Below are positions 10,088 through 18,425 of a stretch of DNA of 64,000 nucleotides, one piece after another (position 1 is the first letter of the stretch; each line of letters opens with the position of its first letter). The notes beneath the pieces are model-generated. The model had not been told where the DNA came from. It did no database searches and saw nothing but the letters and a program-made list of their open reading frames with translations. The DNA is taken from positions 32,001 to 96,000 of IMG/VR virus record IMGVR_UViG_3300033997_000310; one strand, written 5' to 3'. The stretch is from a virus. The position numbers were made by a program, and so were the translations under genes.

Positions 10088-10725
10088 TGCTTGAACTCCG
10101 GCCATGCGCCGATTTCGGCTGCGGTGAGAAGGCGATACGATCCGTCGCTGAAACGAACCGCATCGGGCGAATCGGTGATGGTGACGTCCGGCCATACGGT
10201 GGAGACGCGGATATCGGATCCCGTTGCATCGTCGCGGTTCATCGCCCAGATCGGACTGGAGACATATTCGCCACGGCGGTCACAGTGGTCGGCGTAAAAC
10301 CGGAAGCCGATGGGCACCGGCTTTATGTCAGCAGCCGGCGGGAACTTCGCCAAATACCACGCGGCCAGGCCGGTGGCGTTCTTGACGCCGACCTTGGCGT
10401 AGGCCCGCTGTGCCGCCTGCTTCACGGTGAAGATGTTGGCGCCCAATTCCCTCGCTATCTCGTCCATATACTTGCCCTCCGCCAAAAGGCGGGCAATATG
10501 CAGGTCGCGGTCGGAAAGCTGGACGTCGGGGGCGTCTTCCATCGGCATGCTCATGATCCTGGGCAGGCAAGTGCGGCGATCGATCCCCAATTTGGCCATG
10601 GCGTTCTTCATGACCGTTTTTGCCGTGCGGACGGACCAGCCCATGCGTCGGGCGATCTCCTTGTCCATCAGGCCCCGGGCACCGAGGATTGCGACTTGGT
10701 GTTCGCTAGGCTGGAGGCGCTTCAT
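10084..10725 (-). CDS. LuxR-type HTH regulator with two tandem HTH domains
   Basis: G..DKEIARRMGWSVRTAK..AMAKLG and G...DEIARELG....TVK...AYAKVG. Confidence 0.8.
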   Translation of the reverse strand: MKRLQPSEHQVAILGARGLMDKEIARRMGWSVRTAKTVMKNAMAKLGIDRRTCLPRIMSMPMEDAPDVQLSDRDLHIARLLAEGKYMDEIARELGANIFTVKQAAQRAYAKVGVKNATGLAAWYLAKFPPAADIKPVPIGFRFYADHCDRRGEYVSSPIWAMNRDDATGSDIRVSTVWPDVTITDSPDAVRFSDGSYRLLTAAEIGAWPEFKQ

Positions 10726-11081
10726 GTCGGCACCTTCAGATATACCGCTTCCCAGGCAGCAATCAGGCGGATCTCAAAATCCTTGATCGCGCCGTCAGCC
10801 AGAAGCTGGTCTCGGGTTATGCCGTAGAATTCCAGGCTCACCCAATTATCGGCATCTGCTTGGCCAACCATCTCAACGCTGATCGACTCAATGCGGAGAT
10901 CGCCATCAATGTGGTCGTATGCCCAGACGTTGATGTAAGTCTTGTCATTGCAGTGGCATGGGCTGGCGTCTACGCTGCGCTGGAAAAGCATCGGATGAAG
11001 GTCGAAACCTTTCGTGCGGCGACCGTGATTCCGATAGCCGGCGTTGGTCAGAATGGCGGTGATTTGGTCAATGGTCGTCAT
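10722..11081 (-). CDS. hypothetical protein
   Basis: ATGA overlaps at both ends. Confidence 0.6.
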   Translation of the reverse strand: MTTIDQITAILTNAGYRNHGRRTKGFDLHPMLFQRSVDASPCHCNDKTYINVWAYDHIDGDLRIESISVEMVGQADADNWVSLEFYGITRDQLLADGAIKDFEIRLIAAWEAVYLKVPT

Positions 11082-11557
11082 GTCGGCACCTCAAAGCCCT
11101 CCGGCGGCGTCCAGTTCCAGATGCGCTGGAAACCCTTGGCGGGAATTGGGGTGGTCAGTTGTTGCACATCGCGCAACAACCAGCCAAACCGGCCATCATC
11201 CCAGTCGCCGACCGCCAATTCTTCGGCGGACAGGGTGGAGCGGATGTCTTCAGCACGATGGACGATGTCGATGATGGCGGTGGCGACCACGGCGCCGCGC
11301 GGAAGGCGATTCCAGTTCTCCAGCGCCTCAACCTCACCAAATCCAGCAGAGAGCAAGGCGTTGCCGATCACCTCAACGACTTCTGACGGCAATCGTTTCG
11401 CTCCTTTCAGAAGGTCGTCGGCGTCCCGAAGTGCCGCATGGATGGCAATCCGCTTACCGATCATGGCCTGGGGAGGCTTCCAGCCGCGCGTCTCGTAATG
11501 CTTCACGCCAGCGGCGATCAGTGAGGCGTAGGGCTGCCAGAGGGTGATTGCTCGCAT
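11078..11557 (-). CDS. ASCH domain protein
   Basis: AITLWQPYASLI..GVK..ETRGW, IAIHA, P.KG.Q.IW. Confidence 0.9.
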   Translation of the reverse strand: MRAITLWQPYASLIAAGVKHYETRGWKPPQAMIGKRIAIHAALRDADDLLKGAKRLPSEVVEVIGNALLSAGFGEVEALENWNRLPRGAVVATAIIDIVHRAEDIRSTLSAEELAVGDWDDGRFGWLLRDVQQLTTPIPAKGFQRIWNWTPPEGFEVPT

Positions 11558-11564
11558 ATCGCCC

Positions 11565-11807
11565 TCAATGCAGCAGAAAGTCAGCAGGCGTCGGCGGGCG
11601 TGGCGACAGCCGATCCGGTGAGACGTTCGTCTCGACACGACGGTCGGCCAGCAACACGTCGTAGAATTCCTTGCCATTGCCGATGGTCCTGGCGCGAACC
11701 TGGCCCGCGTGCTTGCCGTCCACCATGGTGTCGATGCACCATTCCGGCATCGCATCGAGAACCCGCATGTTTCCGTGAGTGCGCGTCTTCATCATTTTCT
11801 CCTTCAC
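11565..11807 (-). CDS. hypothetical protein
   Basis: Overlaps the ACP stop. Confidence 0.5.
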   Translation of the reverse strand: MKEKMMKTRTHGNMRVLDAMPEWCIDTMVDGKHAGQVRARTIGNGKEFYDVLLADRRVETNVSPDRLSPRPPTPADFLLH

Positions 11808-12061
11808 GCGGCCTGCCGGCCAGCGCCGTGCTTGACCGCGATGTCGATCAACTGCTTCACCGTCATCTCGGGGAAGCTCTCCATATCGCAGTCCGGGATT
11901 TCGATCCCGAACTCCACCTCCAAGGCGATGGCCAGCTCAACCGCATCCAGGCTGTCGCAGCCCAGATCGTCCACCAGCGTGTCATCGTCTTCCACGGGAC
12001 GGCGGTCGAACCCAAGTTGGGTGGAAATGACGTTCTTGATGTCGCTGGCGACGTCGGACAT
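11804..12061 (-). CDS. acpP: acyl carrier protein
   Basis: 85 aa, acidic; DLGCDSLDAVEL..ALE.EFGIEIPD with the phosphopantetheine Ser. Confidence 0.9.
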   Translation of the reverse strand: MSDVASDIKNVISTQLGFDRRPVEDDDTLVDDLGCDSLDAVELAIALEVEFGIEIPDCDMESFPEMTVKQLIDIAVKHGAGRQAA

Positions 12062-12257
12062 TGGCTGCTCCCCGTTCGTGCGTGATGATGGAAATCAGGT
12101 TATGATAAAAATCCATTATCAGCAACACGAATAATGCAAGAAATCCATAAAATTTAACGCGCGGCGCGCCTGCCTTGATGATACGCAGGACGCGCGCTTG
12201 GCTGCACAGTCAGCCTATCTCTTGAAATAAGCTTCTGTCGGCTATATACTGCCCACC

Positions 12258-12656
12258 ATGATCAGACGCTACGCCAAGAACGCAGGGGCCGTATTTTCGT
12301 TGAAGTACCACATTGTGTGGTGCCCGAAGTACAGACGCTCCGTACTCACGCCGCCTATTGATGGTCGGTTGAAAGACGTGCTCGGCGAAATAGCGTCCGA
12401 ACACGGCATGACGCTTCACGCAATGGAAGTTATGCCCGATCATGTAAGCATCTTCGTGGACGCCGACCATACTCTTAGCGTCGCCGAGATCGTCAATAGG
12501 TTTAAGGGACGATCCAGCCGCGTTCTTCGCGGCGAGTTTCCTTCGCTGCGGTCCAGACTCCCAACGCTCTGGTCTCGCAACTATTTTGCGGCAACAGTTG
12601 GCGGCGTGTCGGAAGAAACTATTCGCCGCTACATCGACAACCAAAAGGGCAAGTGA
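12258..12656 (+). CDS. tnpA: IS200-type Y1 transposase TnpA
   Basis: YHIVWCPKYRR, MPDHVS (HUH variant), KG.SSR, LWSRNYF, YI.NQ. Confidence 0.95.
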   Translation: MIRRYAKNAGAVFSLKYHIVWCPKYRRSVLTPPIDGRLKDVLGEIASEHGMTLHAMEVMPDHVSIFVDADHTLSVAEIVNRFKGRSSRVLRGEFPSLRSRLPTLWSRNYFAATVGGVSEETIRRYIDNQKGK

Positions 12657-12659
12657 CGA

Positions 12660-13805
12660 ATGCCGGTTCTGAGTTACAAGTATCGCCTGTATCCGACACG
12701 CGCCCAAGGTGATGCGTTGACGGCGATGCTCGGCTCTTTCTGCGAATTGTACAATGCGGCCTTGCAGCAACGCATAGAAGCATACCGCCGTCAGGGAAAA
12801 ACGCTTCGTTATATTGACCAGGCCGGCGAGTTGAAGTCAGTGCGCGCCGTTGACGAACAGATGGCTGGCTACAGTTACAGTGCGGAGCAGCAGGTATTGC
12901 GCCGGCTAGACAAGGCATTTTCTGCTTTTTTTGGACGGATAAAAAAGGGAAAGGCTGGCTTCCCACGCTTTCGCGCCAAGAGCATGTTTGACAGTGCCGA
13001 ATTTAGGTTCGGTGACGGACTGACGATTCGGAAGACTGGAAAGCTTAGGGTTGCCGGAATTGACGGAGAAATAAAGGTAAAATGGCACAGAGATATTCCT
13101 GTTCGAGCAAAGATTGGCGCGGCAGTAATATCCAGATCATGCGGCAAATGGTACATATGCTTTCAGATCACCATGCCAGACGCTTATGGACCTTGGCCCG
13201 ACAAGGGAGCGGTCGGCATCGACATGGGTCTGTCGAACCTGATCGCCACATCGGACGGCGAGACGGTGCGGACGCCGCAATTCACCAAGGATGCGGTCAA
13301 GAAGCAGCGCAGGCTTCAGCGTAGTCTCGCGCGCTGCAAGCGGGGCTCCAAGGGGCGGGCAAAGGCCCGGCGTAACCTTGCGCGGCACAGCGCCAAAACG
13401 GCTAATCGCCGCAGGGACTTTGCGCACAAACTTTCCCGCTCCTTGGTAGAACGCCACAGCACCATAGCGGTTGAGGACCTGAACATCACCGTATTGGCCC
13501 GTGCGATACTTGCCAAGTCGGTCCATAATGCCGCGTGGGCGCAGTTGCTGGGGATGATCGGATACAAAGCCGCAAATGCTGGTGTTCGGGTGATCGCCGT
13601 CAACCCACGGGGAACAAGCCAAACGTGCCCGGAGTGCGGAGCTTTGGCCGTCAAAAAGCTTGCGACCAGAGTTCATAACTGCGCAAATTGCGGCTGTGTT
13701 ATGGATCGAGATGTTGCGGCGGCCATGGTTATACTTAAACGGGCGCTTTCTGAAATGGGGCCGGGACACGGCCTTGAGACGATAAGTGGGCGGATTGCCG
13801 CGTAA
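12660..13805 (+). CDS. tnpB: RNA-guided endonuclease TnpB
   Basis: YKYRLYPT; RuvC GIDMG, VEDL, DRD; zinc finger CPECG..CANCG. Confidence 0.95.
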   Translation: MPVLSYKYRLYPTRAQGDALTAMLGSFCELYNAALQQRIEAYRRQGKTLRYIDQAGELKSVRAVDEQMAGYSYSAEQQVLRRLDKAFSAFFGRIKKGKAGFPRFRAKSMFDSAEFRFGDGLTIRKTGKLRVAGIDGEIKVKWHRDIPVRAKIGAAVISRSCGKWYICFQITMPDAYGPWPDKGAVGIDMGLSNLIATSDGETVRTPQFTKDAVKKQRRLQRSLARCKRGSKGRAKARRNLARHSAKTANRRRDFAHKLSRSLVERHSTIAVEDLNITVLARAILAKSVHNAAWAQLLGMIGYKAANAGVRVIAVNPRGTSQTCPECGALAVKKLATRVHNCANCGCVMDRDVAAAMVILKRALSEMGPGHGLETISGRIAA

Positions 13806-13886
13806 CTTGTCTCAGAAGCCGCTTGCTTAGGCGGGCGGAGTTGTCACGGCATGGCGCATTTTTTCGGGCGCGGCTATCATCGTGTC

Positions 13887-14132
13887 ATGACGAAACGATT
13901 CACGGTCATTGATGGGGGAGATCAGCCGCTCGCGGGAACGCGGCGGGACCGGAAAAATGATGCTGTCATGGTGCTGTGCCGCGTGTGCGAGGCTGACACC
14001 GGAGTCGCCACCGCCGTTTGGCTGCCGGCCAGGATGGGCGTCATGGAGCGCAAGGGCGTCACCGAGGGTGGCACCGACGCGCTGGTGTGCGCGCACTGTC
14101 TTTCAAGAGGCAAGGTCAGCATCGCGCCATAG
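13887..14132 (+). CDS. hypothetical zinc-binding protein
   Basis: CRVC and CAHC pairs. Confidence 0.55.
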   Translation: MTKRFTVIDGGDQPLAGTRRDRKNDAVMVLCRVCEADTGVATAVWLPARMGVMERKGVTEGGTDALVCAHCLSRGKVSIAP

Positions 14133-14219
14133 ATTTGCTGTCCAATTTTCGGCAATATCTGGACAACCATAGCGCGCCCCAACCGTGCATCATGGGATTT
14201 CCTCATTACGGAGATTCAC

Positions 14220-15020
14220 ATGCTGTCCACTTTGCTCCAGACTGAATTTCGCTGGCCAGCCGTGCCGACAACGGTGACTGTCGCCTTCATGGATGCGTCC
14301 GGACCAGACTATCCCATGGCCGGGTTTTCGCCGTTCACGGCGGCTGAGCGCGCCGCGGCGGTCAGCGCGATCGAGTATGTCGGATCTGTTTCCGGCATCA
14401 AGGTGCAACTGCTGGCCGATGGCGCCAACGCTGACATCGAAATCGGCTGGGCCACCCTGAATCAAAACGAGTGGGGCGTGACGCACCTCGACGAAACGAC
14501 GCAGCAGTCGGAAATATTCCTGTCGGCAGGCATGCGCGGCGGCCTCCAGATCGGGCCAGACCTGATGGGGACGCGCATTTTAATTCATGAGCTTGGACAT
14601 GCTGTATTTCGGTTGGCGGACATGCCTGGTGATGGAGTGTCAAACCCGCCGGCCACGCACCTTGATTATAATTGGTTGGACAGCACCAAGTTCACGCTCG
14701 GCGACCGCATGGTCATCACCAACGCCTATGGGGCACCTACGCCTGGTGCCGCGTGGTTCGATGCGGAATGGTATGTCGCCAAGTATGCAGACGTGCGCGC
14801 CGCTGTGCAGGCCGGCTACTTGACCGCTCAGGATCACTGGAACGCCTATGGCTGGGCTGAGGGCAGAGATCCGAGCGCGTTCTTTGATGCGTCGGAATAT
14901 CTTGACGATAATCCTGATGTCGCGGCGGCGCACGTCAATCCGTTGAACCACTATTTGCAGTACGGCCAATACGAAGATCGCGCGCCTATCATTGCCGCAG
15001 GATGGGACGGAATTTTCTAA
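14220..15020 (+). CDS. M10/serralysin-like metallopeptidase domain plus two Y..xNPDV-type repeats
   Basis: HELGH motif; FDAEWYVAKYADV..H...GW.EGRDP and FDASEYL..NPDV..H...G..E.R. Confidence 0.7.
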   Translation: MLSTLLQTEFRWPAVPTTVTVAFMDASGPDYPMAGFSPFTAAERAAAVSAIEYVGSVSGIKVQLLADGANADIEIGWATLNQNEWGVTHLDETTQQSEIFLSAGMRGGLQIGPDLMGTRILIHELGHAVFRLADMPGDGVSNPPATHLDYNWLDSTKFTLGDRMVITNAYGAPTPGAAWFDAEWYVAKYADVRAAVQAGYLTAQDHWNAYGWAEGRDPSAFFDASEYLDDNPDVAAAHVNPLNHYLQYGQYEDRAPIIAAGWDGIF

Positions 15021-15110
15021 TCCATGCACAATTGATATGGTACAAAGAACAAGCCGGGCGGCGCGCTAACGCCGACCCGGCTTCACTGCAACGGCATTCG
15101 GGGCCGCACA

Positions 15111-15638
15111 ATGTCCAAAGATGCTATACGTGCGTCAGGAATTACACAAGAGAAGCTTAAACAGATTATTTCATACGACCCGTCAACCGGACATTTCACT
15201 TGGCTTGTCCGCAGGTCGTGGCGCGTATTGCCTGGAATGAGAGCCGGCACGATCAATTCATCTGGTCATAGACAGATTAATATCGGGAAGTGTTTGGTAT
15301 TGGCTCACAGGCTTGCCTGGTTCTACATGACTGGAAAAATTCCAAATGGGGAAATTGACCATAAAAATAGAAACAGAGATGACAATAGGTGGGATAATAT
15401 TAGAGAGTCCACTAGATCGACAAATTGCGCAAATAAGGAAAAGCCTGCAACAAACACAAGCGGCTTCAAAGGTGTCAGCCTACATAAACGAACAGGAAAA
15501 TGGCAGGCGACAGTAAAGGTAAACGGAAAAGTGAAATATATTGGCATGTTTGCGGACAAAGTAGAAGCCGCTGCCGCTTACGCTAAAGCCGCAAATGAAG
15601 CGTTCGGCGAATTCGCATGCACTGACTCTGCCGCTTAA
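15111..15638 (+). CDS. HNH endonuclease with AP2 domain
   Basis: YDPSTG, AHRLAW, IDHKNRNRDDN, NTSGFKGV; low GC. Confidence 0.92.
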   Translation: MSKDAIRASGITQEKLKQIISYDPSTGHFTWLVRRSWRVLPGMRAGTINSSGHRQINIGKCLVLAHRLAWFYMTGKIPNGEIDHKNRNRDDNRWDNIRESTRSTNCANKEKPATNTSGFKGVSLHKRTGKWQATVKVNGKVKYIGMFADKVEAAAAYAKAANEAFGEFACTDSAA

Positions 15639-15841
15639 ATCTTCGACTCAACCAGCTTGGCCTTGCTGAACCACTCGTCATCGCAGATCGGGGCTGCGTC
15701 CGGGTCTGCGTCAATGCCGGCCTGGATTTGCTCGTCGGTGATGGCGTCAATAGCACGCAGGCGCTGCTCGCGCGTGGCCAGTTCGTCGGGCGTCATCTCG
15801 GATTGCGGCTTCAGCGTGCGGCGGATGATGGTCTCGGACAT
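15635..15841 (-). CDS. short protein resembling the N-terminal half of BrnA antitoxins
   Basis: GGAG RBS; ITDEQI..GIDADPDAAP..DEWF.KA. Confidence 0.5.
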   Translation of the reverse strand: MSETIIRRTLKPQSEMTPDELATREQRLRAIDAITDEQIQAGIDADPDAAPICDDEWFSKAKLVESKI

Positions 15842-15960
15842 AGTGTTCTCCGGTAACTGAGTGGTGCCGGGATGCAATCCCCGATCTCTTTCGCCTTGCG
15901 GCTACTCTACCGGTGAGCCGGGTGCGTGAGGTAGCTGTTCTCACCTTCACCGCTCACCCC

Positions 15961-15992
15961 AAAAGCCCCAGCCGGCGAACCGGTCTGGGGCT
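15961..15992 (-). terminator. intrinsic terminator-like hairpin
   Basis: Minus strand AGCCCCAG..CTGGGGCT followed by TTT. Confidence 0.5.
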
Positions 15993-16359
15993 GGTGCTGA
16001 TCCCGTCCGACGCCAGCGACGCCGATGGTGCGGTCAGTTGGGATTTGACATGCGCGAGTTCCGACAGGGGGTAATCTCTCGGCCTTTTTGCTCTGCACTC
16101 AAACCATGCGCCGTGTCGACCCGACGACTTCCGGCCTTTCGCGCCCGGCAGCGTCCTGTCTTGCCCCAGGCGGGTTGATGCTTTTGCCCAAAGGCACCAG
16201 CGCATCTACTGGCTCAGCCACCTCACGGTGACCTCGTAGGCTATGCCTGACCCGAAAGGCCCAGCCACGGCTTTACGTGGTCTGGGCCTGGGGCCGGCGT
16301 GGCGGGGGCTTCCGCCGGCTGCAACGCGGCGCCGGGGCAGGGCGTGTACCGCGTTGTAT

Positions 16360-16437
16360 TGGTCTGTGCGAAGGGATTCGAACCCCCGGCCTCTTGCGCC
16401 CAAGGCAAGCGCTCTACGCTGGCTGAGCTACGCACAG
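16360..16437 (-). tRNA. tRNA-Pro (TGG)
   Basis: Cloverleaf CTGTGCG...CTTGC-CTTGGGC-GCAAG...GTTCGAATC...CGCACAG-A-CCA. Confidence 0.92.
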
Positions 16438-16920
16438 AAACTGAATTGGTCGGGCCGGCACTGTCCGCCGTGCGCTGCCTCAGGTTGCTCTGGAATTCAT
16501 TTATCCGGCCATACAGCCGAACCCAGCCAGTGCGTCCCCGTGAACAGATTTTCCCGCCGACCAAACTCTTGCCCGAAGGCAAAACCGTTGCAGGGCTTCC
16601 ACCTGCTGCTCGGCAACTCCTTGCCTATCTGAGGGGTTCTTTCCGTACCACCCAACAAGACGGCATCTGCGTCCGACTGCCCGACCCGGATTCCGTCACC
16701 ATTAATACCAGCGGATTGGATACCGCATGAATGGGCCGTGCTATCCCCCGGCGAGGATGCGAGTTGCCCATGCGGGCGAAAACAGAAGGCATTTTACCGT
16801 CATACCCAGGACGTTAGAGAAGCGCGGGTAGCTACTGAGACCGCCAGCCATTCTCTATTTGTTGTGGCCGTTCCCGAGAGGTAATTGCCACTTGCCATAG
16901 ATAGCGCTCCATGGCGGCGT

Positions 16921-16997
16921 TGGTAGCAGGGGCCAGATTTGAACTGGCGGTCTCGTGGTTATGAGCCACGCGAGATGGGCCGCTTCTCTACCCTGCT
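16921..16997 (-). tRNA. tRNA-Met (CAT), initiator-like scaffold
   Basis: AGCAGGG...CGTGG-CTCATAA-CCACG...GTTCAAATC...CCCTGCT-A-CCA. Confidence 0.92.
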
Positions 16998-17005
16998 TCA
17001 GACCT

Positions 17006-17075
17006 AAAAGACCGGTCGACGACCTGTCGAGCGCCGACCGGTAAGTTTTAGGGAGGAACGTCCAAAGACGCTACG
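17006..17075 (-). ncRNA. suhB/MmgR-like alphaproteobacterial small RNA
   Basis: CTTTGGACGTTCCTCCCTAAAACTT core with anti-SD CCTCCC, then a GC hairpin and TTTT. Confidence 0.7.
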
Positions 17076-17081
17076 CAACGG

Positions 17082-17110
17082 AAGGTATGAAATGACCACA
17101 TAAAGCGCAA
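17082..17110 (-). promoter_or_regulatory. sigma70-like promoter for the sRNA/tRNA cluster
   Basis: Minus strand TTGCGC-17 bp-TACCTT. Confidence 0.6.
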
Positions 17111-17413
17111 GGATAAAAATTCATCACGGCGCGATTTTTTGGGATGGACGCTCGAGGCCGGCTGTGATCGCGGATTTCTTGCCGCCGCTCACGCCATGCG
17201 CACAACCTTCCCGTAATGAACAAAGTCAATATAGCCGAACGTCAACAAAATCGAGTTGTAATTGGCGAAATTTGCACTAGAGTTTGCGTGAGTTCCGAGT
17301 CGCGCCCAACTTGCGGCAAGGATAATGATAAATACTCATGACGCTTTCGGGGTGGCCCCGGCGTCAATTCAGGCTCCGGCAGGGCCGGCGCTCAACCGAA
17401 CCAGAGGTTCCTG

Positions 17414-18325
17414 ATGCTCGCTCCCAACACCACGATCTCGAAGACCAATGCTCTGCGCCACGGGGTGGCTCGGATGGCCCTGGTCACTGGCAATCCTCAC
17501 TTGCGCGCTGCGTTCTTCGATGGTGGCGACGGTGGGGAGGGCGACAAGAAGGCCGATCCGACGAACGATCCGGTCGTCCAGGCACTGATCGCCAAGGCCG
17601 TCGAGGATGCGACGAAGGGTCTGAAGGGCAGCAAGGAAGAAATCCTCACCGAGAAGAAGCAGCTCAAGAGCGAATATGATCGCATCATGGGGCTGGTCGG
17701 CGGTGATGACGGCCTGAAGCGCCTGGAGGACCTGCGCAAGAAGGCCGAGCAGGATGAAGAGTCCAAGCTGATCGCCGACGGCAAGGTTGATCTGGTCATT
17801 GAGCGCCGCACGAACGGCATGCGCGAGAAGCATGGGCAGCAAATCCAGCAACTCGAAAAGCGCGTGAAGGACGTGGAGGCCGAGCGTGACCAGGCCGTCC
17901 AGAAGCTGATTGGCTACAAGACGAACCAGCAGTTGCTGGTGGGTGCGGACGAGGCCGGCGTGAAGCCCGAATATCGGGCAGCGCTGATCTCGCTGGTTCG
18001 CGACCGCGTCAAGCTGGCCGACGAGGGCGGGTCCGATGTTTTCGAGGTCTATGGCGAAGACGGCATCAAGGCGTACAGCCCGAACAACAGCGCCAAGCCG
18101 ATGAGCGTCACCGAGTTGTTCGACAGCCTGCGCGACAAGATGAAGGACGCCTTCCATCCGTCAAGCGGTGGCGGTGCTGGCGGCGGGAGCAAGGCTGCTG
18201 TTGATGGTGCCAAGAACCCGTGGATAAAGGGCCAGCATTTCAATCTCTCTGAGCAGGCTCGCATCATCAAGCAAGACCCGGCGGCGGCAAATCGCCTGAA
18301 GGCAGAAGCCGGCATCCGGGGCTGA
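17414..18325 (+). CDS. capsid scaffolding protein
   Basis: Coiled-coil, GGGAGG linker, KNPW..NL.EQ tail; directly upstream of the capsid gene. Confidence 0.8.
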   Translation: MLAPNTTISKTNALRHGVARMALVTGNPHLRAAFFDGGDGGEGDKKADPTNDPVVQALIAKAVEDATKGLKGSKEEILTEKKQLKSEYDRIMGLVGGDDGLKRLEDLRKKAEQDEESKLIADGKVDLVIERRTNGMREKHGQQIQQLEKRVKDVEAERDQAVQKLIGYKTNQQLLVGADEAGVKPEYRAALISLVRDRVKLADEGGSDVFEVYGEDGIKAYSPNNSAKPMSVTELFDSLRDKMKDAFHPSSGGGAGGGSKAAVDGAKNPWIKGQHFNLSEQARIIKQDPAAANRLKAEAGIRG

Positions 18326-18425
18326 GTTTCGAGGGTCGCGGGGCGGCTCTCATCAAGACCACCAATTCCGGTCCCCTGGGGGGTCCGGGCAGTAGCAACC
18401 CAAAACCCCCTTTGTGGAGACCAAG

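Larger units (their letters stand above)
12160..13847 (+). mobile_element. IS200/IS605 family element (tnpA + tnpB); left end approximate
   Basis: tnpA and tnpB in tandem; right-end hairpin CCGCTTGC-TTAG-GCGGGCGG followed by TCAC ending at 13847. Confidence 0.85.
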
